Source: Alphaproteobacteria bacterium | Lineage (GTDB): Bacteria > Pseudomonadota > Alphaproteobacteria > UBA9219 | DNA length: 64,000 nucleotides | NCBI GenBank assembly: GCA_019233975.1 | Contig: JAFALY010000008.1 | Coordinates: 7,580-71,579 of the forward strand | Reading direction: 5' to 3' | Shown: one piece after another, positions 26,890 through 37,186 of the stretch | How positions within the stretch are numbered: the stretch's first letter is position 1 | Layout of the letters: each line of letters starts with the position of its first letter | Translations under genes and position numbers: made by a program | The notes under the pieces: model-generated | Database searches by the model: none | Seen by the model: only the letters and a program-made list of their open reading frames with translations | Told to the model about the DNA's origin: nothing

Positions 26890-29696
26890 TGACCACGCTT
26901 TATCTGGTTGACGGTTCCGGTTTCATCTTTCGCGCCTTTCATGCTTTGCCCGATCTGACACGCGCGGACGGTACGCATGTCGGCGCCGTGATGGGTTTTT
27001 GCAATATGCTGCAAAAACTTTTGGCGGATGCTGGCGGCGACCATGTCGCGGTTATTTTTGATGCCGCGCGTCAGACATTCCGCAATGATATTTATCCGGA
27101 ATACAAGGCGCATCGCCCACCACCGCCGCCCGAACTTATCCCGCAATTCGCCCTGATCCGTGAAGCAACCCGCGCGTTTGGCTTGCCCGCCATCGACGCC
27201 CCGAACTACGAAGCGGACGATTTGATCGCCAGCTATGCGCGCGAAGCGGTCGCCGCCGGATGGGACGTGCGTATTGTGTCGTCGGATAAAGATTTGATGC
27301 AATTGATCCGCGACCACGTGGCATTGTACGACCCGTTGAAATCCATCCCCATAGGGACGGACGAAGTGCTGAAGAAATTCGGCGTCACACCGGATAAGGT
27401 TGTGGATGTGCAGGCGCTGGCCGGGGACAGCACGGACAATGTGCCGGGCGTACCGGGCATCGGCGTTAAAACGGCGGCGGAACTCATCAACACTTATGGT
27501 TCGCTGGAGGCATTGCTGGAACGCGCAACGGAAATCAAACAGCCCAAGCGTCGTGAGGCCCTGATTGAAAATGCCGAGCTGGCGCGCATCTCACAAAGAC
27601 TTGTGCGGTTGGACGATCAGGCGCCGCTGCCCATGCCTTTGGCGGATCTGAAGCGTCTGGATAATCACCGCGAAACATTGGTTGAGTTCTTGCGTACGCA
27701 GGGATTCCGCTCCATTCTGGCACGACTGGGCGAAACGGCCCCAGCACCAACGCCTGTGACGGCGGTTCAAACAGCACCTGCTGCTGGGGTTGACGGCGCA
27801 GGGGAAGTCGCTGCAGATGACGGGCTGCAAAATGTCGCAAGCGATTACGAACTGGTGCAGGATCTGCAACGCTTGAAGGACTGGGTTGCCGCTGCGCGCG
27901 ATACCGGTCGCGTGGCCATCGATACGGAAACGGATTCACTACGCGCCTGTACCGCGAAACTGGTTGGCATTTCCCTCGCCGTTGCGGCGGGTCGCGCCTG
28001 CTATATACCCGTTGGACATATTGATCCAAAAAGCGTTGGTGCAGAGGGCGGTTTCGTTTTTGATGCTGTCGCGGCGCCCAAGCAAATCCCGTTGTCGCAG
28101 GTCGCGGATGCGCTGCGTGATTTGCTGGCGGACGATGCGGTTCTGAAAATCGGCCACAACCTGAAATATGATATGCAGGTTCTGGCGCAACATAACCTGA
28201 TCATCCGTAATTATGATGATACTATGCTGCTGTCCTATGTGCAGGCGGCGGGCGCACATGGTCACGGGCTGGATGAACTGGCCAAGCTGCATTTCAATCA
28301 TGCGATGATCGCCTATGATGACGTCACGGGAACCGGCAAGCAAAAGGTAACGTTCGACCGCGTACCGTTGGATCAGGCAACCGCCTATGCCGCCGAAGAC
28401 GCCGATTATGCTTTCCGTCTGTGGTTGCGCCTGAAGCCGAAACTGGCGCAGGAACATCTGGTTACCGTTTACGAACGCATTGAACGCCCGCTGGTGCCTG
28501 TTGTGGCGGCGATGGAACAAACCGGTATTTGCATTGATCCGGATGAATTGAAGCGTCAAAGCCAGGCACTTGCCGTCCGGTTGCAGAAACTTGAAGAAGA
28601 AATTCACGGCATGGCCGGGCATGCGTTCAATGTCGGATCACCCAAGCAACTGGGGGATGTGCTGTTTGCCGAGATGGGCCTGCCCGGCGGTGTGAAGGGT
28701 AAGACGGGTGCTTATTCCACCAGCTCTGACGTGTTGGAGCCATTAGCCGAGCAAGGGCATGACATTGTCGCACGCGTGTTGGAATGGCGTGGTGCGGCTA
28801 AATTGAAATCCACCTATACCGATGCCTTGCCCGAGCAGATCGCGCCGCAGACGGGGCGCGTGCATACATCGTTCAATCTGGTTGGTGCCGCGACGGGGCG
28901 TCTGTCATCGAATGATCCCAATTTGCAGAATATTCCTATCCGTACCGAAGATGGCCGCGCCATCCGCCGCGCCTTCGTTGCAGCGCCGGGGCATGAATTG
29001 CTGTCGGTCGATTATTCGCAGATCGAGTTGCGACTGGCCGCAGAGGCGGCAGGGATCAAGGCGCTTATTCAAGCCTTCCATGACGGCGTTGATATTCACG
29101 CGCTGACCGCCAGCCAGGTGTTCGGCATTCCGCTGGCCGACCTGCCACCCGACAGACGCCGCGCGGCCAAGGCCATCAATTTCGGCATCATCTACGGCAT
29201 CAGCGGTTTCGGTCTGGCAAAGCAGATCGGCATCACGCAGGGCGAAGCCAACCAGTTTATCCGGCAATATCTGGATCGTTTCCATGAATTGCGTGACTGG
29301 ATGGAGGCGACAAAAAGCTTTGCACGCGACCATGGTTATGTGCAGACGCTTTTTGGTCGTCGCATTTATATCAACGCTATCCGCGATAAAATGCCGGCTC
29401 GCCGCGCGGGGGCCGAACGTGCCGCTATTAATGCGCCGTTACAGGGAACCGCGGCTGATATCATGAAACGCGCGATGATACGCGTCGGCCCGGCGCTGGC
29501 TGAGGCCAGATTGTCGGCAAGGCTGTTGCTGCAGGTGCATGACGAACTGGTTTTCGAAGTGCCTGTCGCTGAACTGGAACGCACATCCGCGCTTGTGAAG
29601 CAGGTGATGCAGGAAGCGCCCTTACCAGCCCTGACGCTGCGGGTACCTATTACGGCAGAAGCGGGTCACGCCAAAAACTGGGCGGAGGCGCATTAA
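26889..29696 (+). CDS. polA: DNA polymerase I
   Basis: 5'-3' exonuclease (YEADD), 3'-5' exonuclease (IDTET), and polymerase motifs DYSQIELR, AKAINFG and QVHDEL. Confidence 0.97.
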   Translation: MTTLYLVDGSGFIFRAFHALPDLTRADGTHVGAVMGFCNMLQKLLADAGGDHVAVIFDAARQTFRNDIYPEYKAHRPPPPPELIPQFALIREATRAFGLPAIDAPNYEADDLIASYAREAVAAGWDVRIVSSDKDLMQLIRDHVALYDPLKSIPIGTDEVLKKFGVTPDKVVDVQALAGDSTDNVPGVPGIGVKTAAELINTYGSLEALLERATEIKQPKRREALIENAELARISQRLVRLDDQAPLPMPLADLKRLDNHRETLVEFLRTQGFRSILARLGETAPAPTPVTAVQTAPAAGVDGAGEVAADDGLQNVASDYELVQDLQRLKDWVAAARDTGRVAIDTETDSLRACTAKLVGISLAVAAGRACYIPVGHIDPKSVGAEGGFVFDAVAAPKQIPLSQVADALRDLLADDAVLKIGHNLKYDMQVLAQHNLIIRNYDDTMLLSYVQAAGAHGHGLDELAKLHFNHAMIAYDDVTGTGKQKVTFDRVPLDQATAYAAEDADYAFRLWLRLKPKLAQEHLVTVYERIERPLVPVVAAMEQTGICIDPDELKRQSQALAVRLQKLEEEIHGMAGHAFNVGSPKQLGDVLFAEMGLPGGVKGKTGAYSTSSDVLEPLAEQGHDIVARVLEWRGAAKLKSTYTDALPEQIAPQTGRVHTSFNLVGAATGRLSSNDPNLQNIPIRTEDGRAIRRAFVAAPGHELLSVDYSQIELRLAAEAAGIKALIQAFHDGVDIHALTASQVFGIPLADLPPDRRRAAKAINFGIIYGISGFGLAKQIGITQGEANQFIRQYLDRFHELRDWMEATKSFARDHGYVQTLFGRRIYINAIRDKMPARRAGAERAAINAPLQGTAADIMKRAMIRVGPALAEARLSARLLLQVHDELVFEVPVAELERTSALVKQVMQEAPLPALTLRVPITAEAGHAKNWAEAH

Positions 29697-30349
29697 TGGC
29701 GTTGCTCTTCGACATGGATGGCGTGGTCGTTGACTCCATGTTGCTGCACACCGAGATCGAAGCCGCCATGTTTTCGGCGGCGGGCATCGAACGCACGCCG
29801 CAGATGCTGACGCAGCAATTCGCGGGCATTGGGTTAAAGGGCATGATCGCCACATTGCAGGCTGAAAACGGCATTACCTTGCCGCCCGACTTTGCCGAAC
29901 AGGTTGCCCGCAAGAAAGAAGAGCATTTTCAAGGACGGCTGCAGCCAACGCCGCATCTGGTCGAAGCGCTCAGTCAACTGGCCGACACGCCGCGCTGTAT
30001 CGCGTCGGGTGCGGCGCTGCGTCGTGTTGAGTTTTGCCTGCGCTTAACAGACATCACGGATTTCTTTGCGCCGCATCTATATTCGTCAGACATGGTGGCG
30101 CGCGGTAAACCCGCGCCTGATCTGTTTTTGTATGCGGCACAGAAACTGGGGGCTGATCCGCATGATTGTATCGTCATCGAGGATGCCGTGGCGGGCGTCA
30201 AGGCGGGCAAGGCGGCGGGGATGCGGGTGCTTGGTTACGATGGGGGTGTTCATTGCTGGCCGGGCTATGGCGATGATCTGCGCGCCGCCGGAGCTGACGT
30301 TGTGTTCAACGACATGCGCCGTTTACCGGAGCTTGTTGCACTGCGTTAA
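29696..30349 (+). CDS. HAD-family phosphatase
   Basis: FDMDGVVVD, GKPAPDLF and IEDA. Confidence 0.9.
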   Translation: MALLFDMDGVVVDSMLLHTEIEAAMFSAAGIERTPQMLTQQFAGIGLKGMIATLQAENGITLPPDFAEQVARKKEEHFQGRLQPTPHLVEALSQLADTPRCIASGAALRRVEFCLRLTDITDFFAPHLYSSDMVARGKPAPDLFLYAAQKLGADPHDCIVIEDAVAGVKAGKAAGMRVLGYDGGVHCWPGYGDDLRAAGADVVFNDMRRLPELVALR

Positions 30350-30432
30350 AGATTGCCCACGCCGCTTTTGCCAATCCACGCAAATCATAGTAGTTTCTGC
30401 CGCTACGGATTCTTTGTGTTTCAGGACAAACC

Positions 30433-31254
30433 ATGATTTTTACACGCCAGACCCTTATGATGTGCGCCGCGGATTATTTTGACGTGACCTACGTCATCAA
30501 TCACTGGATGCGCGGCCAGGTTGGCAATGTGGATGTGCAGCTCGCGCAAAAGCAATGGCGCGATTATCACGCGATTGTGTCCAAACTTGTTGACGTTCAA
30601 CTGGTAGATCCGCAACCAAACCAGCCCGACTATGTCTTTACGGCGAATGCAGGCTTTGTCATCGGTAACCGCATGGTGAACAGTCATTTCCGTACGGCGG
30701 AACGCCAACGCGAAGAACCATTCAATCAGGCCAGTTTTATGAGTTGGGGGTATGAGCTGGTCCATTGGCCGCAGGAAGTGTGTTTCGAAGGCGCGGGCGA
30801 TGCCCTGCTGGACCGTGGCAACAAAAACCTGTGGTGCGGCTATGGTTTCCGTTCGGATATGAGCGCGTCGCGCATTCTGGGTCAGATTTACGACCGCCCA
30901 ACCATTGCGCTGCATCTCATCAATCCGCGCTTCTATCATCTGGACACATGCTTCTGCCCGTTGGAGGGCGGCTATGCCATGTATTATCCGGGCGCGTTTG
31001 ATGCCGAAGCTTTGGAAAAGATCGAAGCCAATCTGCCCGCCGACAAACGCATTGTCGTGGGCGATGAAGACGCGGCGCAGTTCGCGTGCAATACGGTCAA
31101 TATCGGCAACACGGTTATCATGAACCATGCGGGCGATGCCCTGCGTGCCAAGCTGGCTGTCGCCGGGTTTGAGGTTATTACGACACCGCTGACCGAATTC
31201 CTGAAGGCGGGCGGGGCGGCCAAATGCCTGACGCTCAAACTGCTTGAGGTATAA
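30433..31254 (+). CDS. Amidinotransferase/pentein-family hydrolase (ArgZ N-domain/DDAH-like)
   Basis: MCAADYFDVTYVINHWM, FTANAG, FEGAGD, YHLDTC and GAAKCL. Confidence 0.85.
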   Translation: MIFTRQTLMMCAADYFDVTYVINHWMRGQVGNVDVQLAQKQWRDYHAIVSKLVDVQLVDPQPNQPDYVFTANAGFVIGNRMVNSHFRTAERQREEPFNQASFMSWGYELVHWPQEVCFEGAGDALLDRGNKNLWCGYGFRSDMSASRILGQIYDRPTIALHLINPRFYHLDTCFCPLEGGYAMYYPGAFDAEALEKIEANLPADKRIVVGDEDAAQFACNTVNIGNTVIMNHAGDALRAKLAVAGFEVITTPLTEFLKAGGAAKCLTLKLLEV

Positions 31255-31980
31255 GTGGCCCGTTGCCTCACCCTCCTTGTCTGGACGGTTTTTGCCGCGC
31301 TCCTGATGGCGGTTTGCCTTTATCCGCCGCTTGATCTGATCGTCTCCGGCTGGTTTTACCAACCGGGCGCGGGTTTTGTCTGGGCCGATCATCCCTTGCT
31401 GCAGGCGATTCACTTTACGGCGGTGCGCGGCGGCTGGGTTCTGTCGACGATGCTGATCGCCGGACTGACGGCCAGTCTGATTTTGCGCAAGGCGTTTTGT
31501 GGTGTGTCGGTGCGGGGGTGGCTGTTTCTGCTGCTGACGCTGGCACTCGGCCTTGGGGTTGTGGTCAATCTGGGGCTAAAAGATCATTGGGGCCGTGCCC
31601 GCCCACGGGCTGTGGTCGAATTCGGCGGTGACCGCCCGTTCACCCCCGCCTGGCAGCCGCAGGCCAGGACGCATAAGAACGATTCCTTTGTCGCGGGCGA
31701 TGGCGCGTTTGGTTTTGCGCTGCCTGCACTTGCTTTTCTGCTGCCGGTGGCGGGGTCGGCACAACAACACCGCTCACGACAGGTTTTTTACGGCCTTTGT
31801 GGCGTAGGCAGTCTGTTCGGTATCGCGCGTATTATCATGGGTGCGCATTTTCTGAGCGATGTTTTGTTCGCCGCGCTCGTGATGGCGTTGGTGATGTCCA
31901 GCCTGCACACGCTTTTGCTCGGCTGGCCCGCGACCCGTCAGCGCCTCAATCTGTGGTTCATTTTAAAAAACCCATCATAA
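31255..31980 (+). CDS. PAP2-family membrane phosphatase
   Basis: KDHWGRARP, SFVAGD and RIIMGAHFLSDV. Confidence 0.85.
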   Translation: MARCLTLLVWTVFAALLMAVCLYPPLDLIVSGWFYQPGAGFVWADHPLLQAIHFTAVRGGWVLSTMLIAGLTASLILRKAFCGVSVRGWLFLLLTLALGLGVVVNLGLKDHWGRARPRAVVEFGGDRPFTPAWQPQARTHKNDSFVAGDGAFGFALPALAFLLPVAGSAQQHRSRQVFYGLCGVGSLFGIARIIMGAHFLSDVLFAALVMALVMSSLHTLLLGWPATRQRLNLWFILKNPS

Positions 31981-32049
31981 AAATTATGGTTAATGCCGCA
32001 TTCCCGCCTTATTTGACGGGGGTTTTGTGGCCCGTCAGGTGTTTTTGAG

Positions 32050-32079
32050 TTGACTTGGCAAGGTGGGTTCCTTTAAATA
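32050..32079 (+). promoter_or_regulatory. Putative sigma70 promoter of rho
   Basis: TTGACT, then 17-18 nt, then TTAAAT/TAAATA, about 130 nt upstream of rho. Confidence 0.45.
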
Positions 32080-32205
32080 CTCCTTAACCCCAAAGCGCTA
32101 AATTGACGACATTCCATCTGCGCTGCGGTTTCCCTCAAGCGACAAAATGATGGGCAGGTTGTGAACCGCCCCGTTTGATTTTCCCAACAGTAATGAGTCT
32201 GATCC

Positions 32206-33558
32206 ATGAATTTACGTGAATTAAAACGCAAAACACCCGCCGAACTTCTGACCATGGCCGAAGAACTGCAGATTGAAAACGCAGGGGCTATGCGCAAACA
32301 GGATATGATGTTCGCCATCCTCAAGAAAATGGGTGAACAACAGGACAACGCCATTTTCGGCGACGGCGTTCTGGAAGTTCTGCCGGATGGTTTCGGCTTT
32401 CTGCGCTCCCCTGAATCCAACTATCTGCCCGGTCCGGATGACATCTATGTATCGCCCAGTCAGGTGCGCAAATTTAACCTGCGTACCGGCGATACGATCG
32501 AAGGTGAAATTCGCTCGCCCAAGGAAGGCGAACGCTATTTCGCGCTTCTGAAGGTCAACAACATCAATTTTGAAGATCCGGAAAAGGCCCGCCATCGCAT
32601 CACTTTCGACAATCTGACGCCACTTTATCCCGATGAACGCCTATCGATGGAAATTCAGGATCCGACGGTCAAGGACCGCTCGGGCCGCGTGATCGACATT
32701 GTGGCGCCGCTCGGTAAGGGCCAGCGCTGCCTCATCGTGGCGCCACCCCGTGTCGGTAAAACCATTATGATGCAGAATATCGCCAAGGCGGTTGCGACCA
32801 ACCATCCGGAATGCCATCTCATCGTCCTGCTGGTTGACGAACGCCCCGAAGAAGTCACCGACATGCAACGCACGGTCAAGGGCGAAGTTGTCAGTTCCAC
32901 CTTCGATGAACCGGCCACGCGCCACGTTCAGGTCGCCGAAATGGTGATTGAGAAAGCCAAGCGTCTGGTCGAACATAAGCGCGACGTCGTTATCCTTCTG
33001 GACAACATTACACGTCTGGGCCGCGCCTATAACACTGTTGTGCCATCATCCGGCAAGGTGTTGACGGGTGGTGTGGACGCCAATGCTTTGCAGCGCCCCA
33101 AGCGTTTCTTTGGTGCGGCACGTAATGTTGAAGAAGGTGGTTCGCTGACCATCATCTCGACCGCGCTTATCGATACCGGCAGCCGTATGGACGAAGTCAT
33201 TTTTGAAGAGTTCAAGGGTACCGGTAACTCGGAAATCGTGTTGGACCGCAAGGTTGCCGACAAACGTATTTACCCCGCTATCGACATTCTGAAATCCGGT
33301 ACGCGTAAGGATGATCTGATCACGCCAAAGGATCAGCTTGCCAAAACGCACGTGCTGCGCCGTATTCTGGCGCCGATGGGTACTCAGGATGCGATCGAAT
33401 TCCTGCTGGAAAAGCTGCGTTTGACCAAGAATAACGCCGAATTCTTTGAAAGCATGGCGTCACAGGGCGGTAGCAATAGCGGTGGTGGCGATGGTCCGGC
33501 CAAGCCTGCGGTCACGCGCCGCACTTCGTCAGGCACTGTAGGTAGCCGCGACGACTAA
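32206..33558 (+). CDS. rho: Transcription termination factor Rho
   Basis: [27 protein letters not shown] and EEFKGTGN. Confidence 0.97.
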   Translation: MNLRELKRKTPAELLTMAEELQIENAGAMRKQDMMFAILKKMGEQQDNAIFGDGVLEVLPDGFGFLRSPESNYLPGPDDIYVSPSQVRKFNLRTGDTIEGEIRSPKEGERYFALLKVNNINFEDPEKARHRITFDNLTPLYPDERLSMEIQDPTVKDRSGRVIDIVAPLGKGQRCLIVAPPRVGKTIMMQNIAKAVATNHPECHLIVLLVDERPEEVTDMQRTVKGEVVSSTFDEPATRHVQVAEMVIEKAKRLVEHKRDVVILLDNITRLGRAYNTVVPSSGKVLTGGVDANALQRPKRFFGAARNVEEGGSLTIISTALIDTGSRMDEVIFEEFKGTGNSEIVLDRKVADKRIYPAIDILKSGTRKDDLITPKDQLAKTHVLRRILAPMGTQDAIEFLLEKLRLTKNNAEFFESMASQGGSNSGGGDGPAKPAVTRRTSSGTVGSRDD

Positions 33559-33575
33559 GCCTGGATGGTGGATCC

Positions 33576-34235
33576 ATGACTGAACGCCTGAAATTGCCGG
33601 TACCGGGTGGGGTGGATAAAGTTCTGCTCCATTCGTGCTGCGCGCCTTGTTCAGGCGAGGTGATAGAGGCCATGCAGGCCAGCGGGCTGGCGATCACGGT
33701 CTATTTCTACAATCCCAATATTCATCCACGCGAAGAATATGAACTTCGTAAGGAAGAAAATATCCGTTTTGCCGAGAAAATGGGCATCCCCTTCGTCGAT
33801 GCCGACTATGATACTGATAATTGGTTTGCGCGTGTCAGGGGCCTGGAATGGGAACCGGAACGCGGCAAACGCTGTACAGAATGTTTTGATATGCGGTTTG
33901 AACGCACCGCCCTGTATGGCCACGAAAACGGGTTTAATCTGTTCACTTCGTGCCTTGGCATCTCTCGCTGGAAAAACATGGATCAGATCAATGGCTGTGG
34001 CCATCGTGCAGCGCGTCGTTATGAGGGTATGCAGTATTGGGATTACAATTGGCGCAAGGGTGGCGGTGCCAATCGCATGATTGAAATTTCCAAGCGTGAA
34101 GAATTTTACCAGCAGGAATATTGCGGCTGCATTTATTCCCTGCGCGATACCAACAAACACCGCCGTGAACAGGGGCGCGAGAACATCGCGCTCGGCGAAA
34201 ATTTCTACAAAAACGATCCGGCGCGGTCGGCATAA
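33576..34235 (+). CDS. queH: Epoxyqueuosine reductase QueH
   Basis: [25 protein letters not shown] and QEYCGCIYS. Confidence 0.92.
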   Translation: MTERLKLPVPGGVDKVLLHSCCAPCSGEVIEAMQASGLAITVYFYNPNIHPREEYELRKEENIRFAEKMGIPFVDADYDTDNWFARVRGLEWEPERGKRCTECFDMRFERTALYGHENGFNLFTSCLGISRWKNMDQINGCGHRAARRYEGMQYWDYNWRKGGGANRMIEISKREEFYQQEYCGCIYSLRDTNKHRREQGRENIALGENFYKNDPARSA

Positions 34236-34327
34236 AATACCAGAATGGCCTGTTAAAACAGGGCCATGGGTAAAAACGTCCTGCCAAAATTACATATATT
34301 ATCTATATATATCAAACAGATAGAATT

Positions 34328-34343
34328 TGGCACAGCCCTTGCT
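34328..34343 (+). promoter_or_regulatory. Sigma54 (-24/-12) promoter of flgE-flgK-flgL
   Basis: TGGCAC-agccc-TTGCT with exact GG-N10-GC spacing; an AT-rich tract (possible IHF site) lies at about 34290-34316. Confidence 0.85.
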
Positions 34344-34398
34344 TCCTCTCCTTTGAGTTTTTTCGTGCCGAGGGGCACATTTTTCGAAGGAGCGTCAC

Positions 34399-35712
34399 AT
34401 GGGTTCACTCTTTTCCGCCTTGACCACAGCCGTTGCCGGCCTCGGTGCGCAGTCAAGTGCCATTGGCAACATATCCGACAATCTGTCGAATGCTCAGACG
34501 ACGGGTTACAAGGCCGTGAGCACCGACTTTCAGGAACTGGTCAACGCGTCGAACGCGAGCGTCAACAACCCGGGCGGCGTGAAAGCAACCCCGGCTTACC
34601 AGAACGACGTTCAGGGTAGTATTACCTCTGCCGACACGGCGACCTACATGGCCATTTCAGGTCAAGGTTACTTCGCGGTTGAATCGGCCAGTACGGACGC
34701 AACTGGCGCAACAATCTTTAACTCGACAATCAATTATACGCGTCAGGGTGACTTTACGCTGAATAAGGATGGCTATCTTGTCAATGGGTCGGGTTACTAC
34801 CTGATGGGCTATAATGTCAGCAGCGGCATTGCCAACACGGCATCCACCACGCCGATCCAGATCTCGTCCTTGTTGAACGACCCGGTTCCGACGGCTAACA
34901 TCAGCTATGTTGCAAACCTGCCGTCTAATGCAGCTACCACTTACACATCATCTTCATCGACGGTGCAAATCTATGACTCTCTGGGTAACACCCATGACGT
35001 TAATTATGTTTGGAACAAAACGGCCACCAATACATGGGATCTCAACATAACCATTCCGGATGCGGCTTACACGCAGACCGTCGCCTTTACGTTCAATGAC
35101 GGTACGGGCTCGGCTGCTGCGGGTACTTTAAAGTCGATCGCCAGCTACTCTGGCACCGCCTCGACGGCGCCTTACACCGTGCCATCAGGCACAGCCGATA
35201 TCGACTTGACGGCTGACTTTACGGGATTGGGTGCGGGTAAACAAAACCTGGTGCTGAATTTTGGTGCTTTGAATGGCTCAACAGGTGTGACGCAGTTCTC
35301 TGACACCAACGGCACGGCATCCGTCACAAACTTCAGTCAGGATGGTCTGCCCAAGGGTTCGTTTAGCAGCTTGGCCATCAGTAAGGCTGGTCTTGTGTCT
35401 ATTAACTACAGTAACGGTACGAACCTGACGATCGCGCAGATACCCATCGTGCAGTTCTATGCGCAGGATCAGTTGCAACGTGTATCAGGTGGTGCTTACG
35501 CCTCGACGATTGACTCGGGCACGCCGCGTTACAGCACGGCGGGATTGAACGGCGCAGGTACGATCAGCAGTAATTCGCTGGAGCAGTCGAACGTCGATAT
35601 CGCCAGCGAGTTTACGCAGCTTATTCAGGCGCAGCAGGTGTACTCAGCGAATGCCAAGGTTGTGACAACGGATAATACCTTGCTGCAAACCACCATCAAC
35701 ATGGTGCAGTAA
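34399..35712 (+). CDS. flgE: Flagellar hook protein FlgE
   Basis: ISDNLSNAQTTGYK, YTRQGDF and LEQSNVDIASEFTQLIQAQ. Confidence 0.9.
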   Translation: MGSLFSALTTAVAGLGAQSSAIGNISDNLSNAQTTGYKAVSTDFQELVNASNASVNNPGGVKATPAYQNDVQGSITSADTATYMAISGQGYFAVESASTDATGATIFNSTINYTRQGDFTLNKDGYLVNGSGYYLMGYNVSSGIANTASTTPIQISSLLNDPVPTANISYVANLPSNAATTYTSSSSTVQIYDSLGNTHDVNYVWNKTATNTWDLNITIPDAAYTQTVAFTFNDGTGSAAAGTLKSIASYSGTASTAPYTVPSGTADIDLTADFTGLGAGKQNLVLNFGALNGSTGVTQFSDTNGTASVTNFSQDGLPKGSFSSLAISKAGLVSINYSNGTNLTIAQIPIVQFYAQDQLQRVSGGAYASTIDSGTPRYSTAGLNGAGTISSNSLEQSNVDIASEFTQLIQAQQVYSANAKVVTTDNTLLQTTINMVQ

Positions 35713-35764
35713 GCCGTGATGTTCTGACGATAACCTCGTCATTACGCATTGGGAGTTAGGACGA

Positions 35765-37183
35765 ATGACCAGTTTGACGTCAGCCTTGTCGATTGCCCTG
35801 TCGGGCCTGCGCACCAGCACCAGCCTGCTGTCGATGACGTCGAACAACATTTCCAATGCGAATACAGCCGGTTATACCGACAAACAGGCGGTCGTAACAT
35901 CGGTTGATTACGGGTATAATTTCGGCGGGTCAAATCTTACGAATTATACGCGTTCGACGAATGAGGCGCTAAGCAACAACTACAATGCCGCCACAACGTC
36001 CAGCGGGTATTACAGCACGTTGAACACCTATCTGAGCCAGGTGCAGGCGATGCTGGACTCAACGGCGCAGCCACCACAGTTGCAAGGCGATATTGCGCAG
36101 TTTGCCTCGGCATGGAGCCAGTATTCGTCTTCGACCGATAATGTGACGGCTATGGAAAGCGTCATCAGTGCCGGTCAGACATTGTCTGCTGACATTAACA
36201 CCGTGTCATCATCCGTGACCAAGATGCAGGCGCAGTTGACGACCGATATTACAACGGACGTCACCGATCTGAATAATGATCTGCAGCAGGTTGCAACCCT
36301 GAATGATAATATCCGTAATGCCACAACACTGGGTCAGCCCACAGTGGATATGCAGGATCAGCGTGACACGCTGGTTAACAAAATTGCCAGCCTTACCAAT
36401 GTGACGGTGCAGCAAAGGCCGAATAATGAGATCGCCCTTTATACGTCATCAGGGCAGTTGCTGGTTGATGCTGGGCAGCAGCAGACATTCAGTTATAATG
36501 GCACGACCGTTGTTGACTCTACCGGAGCGGATGTGAGCACCGGCCTGACAGGGGGAAGCATTCAGGCGCGCCTGCAATTTGCGGCCAGCGATGCGACCTC
36601 TACCGCTTCGACAACGCCGGGCGTTGGCACGCTGTCCAAAATGTCAAACCAGATTAGCGCGCTGGTTTCAGCCTTAACATCGACCACTGGCGTCTTTGGT
36701 ACAGCCTATAACAATGCCGTTACCACATCCACCACCGGAACTGCCGCGACACAGTCTGCGGGCAATGTTGCCAGCACCTTTTTCTCGTCAACCGGCGGCA
36801 CGCTTGCCGTCAACACCAGTCTGGTCAATGGTACGCAAGTTTTGCCCCAGTCGGGTACAATCGCCGTTGCCGACTCGTTTAACACGGTGGCTAACTATTC
36901 CAATTCAGCCATTGGCTTAACGGCGCCTTCTGTCACTTATTCAGGCCTTGTGACGTCCATTTTGTCGGGCTTTCAGGAAAACGCCAATACCATTAGTGGT
37001 GAAAACACAACCGCGAGCAATCAGCAGACCTATTACAACACGGCGCTGACAAGTGCCACCGGTGTGAATATGGATAGTGAGCTGGCAAACCTGGTCGTTT
37101 ACCAAAACAGCTATGCCGCCTGCGCCCACATTATTACGACTGTCAACCAGATGCTGCAGTCACTGATGTCAACGATCGGATAA
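35765..37183 (+). CDS. flgK: Flagellar hook-associated protein FlgK
   Basis: SNNISNANTAGY, DQRDTLV and GVNMDSELANLVVYQNSY. Confidence 0.9.
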   Translation: MTSLTSALSIALSGLRTSTSLLSMTSNNISNANTAGYTDKQAVVTSVDYGYNFGGSNLTNYTRSTNEALSNNYNAATTSSGYYSTLNTYLSQVQAMLDSTAQPPQLQGDIAQFASAWSQYSSSTDNVTAMESVISAGQTLSADINTVSSSVTKMQAQLTTDITTDVTDLNNDLQQVATLNDNIRNATTLGQPTVDMQDQRDTLVNKIASLTNVTVQQRPNNEIALYTSSGQLLVDAGQQQTFSYNGTTVVDSTGADVSTGLTGGSIQARLQFAASDATSTASTTPGVGTLSKMSNQISALVSALTSTTGVFGTAYNNAVTTSTTGTAATQSAGNVASTFFSSTGGTLAVNTSLVNGTQVLPQSGTIAVADSFNTVANYSNSAIGLTAPSVTYSGLVTSILSGFQENANTISGENTTASNQQTYYNTALTSATGVNMDSELANLVVYQNSYAACAHIITTVNQMLQSLMSTIG

Positions 37184-37186
37184 ACC

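Noticed and set aside
33455-33558. Gly/Ser-rich C-terminal extension of Rho
   Set aside because: It is a short disordered tail; such extensions are common and nothing here suggests a function.
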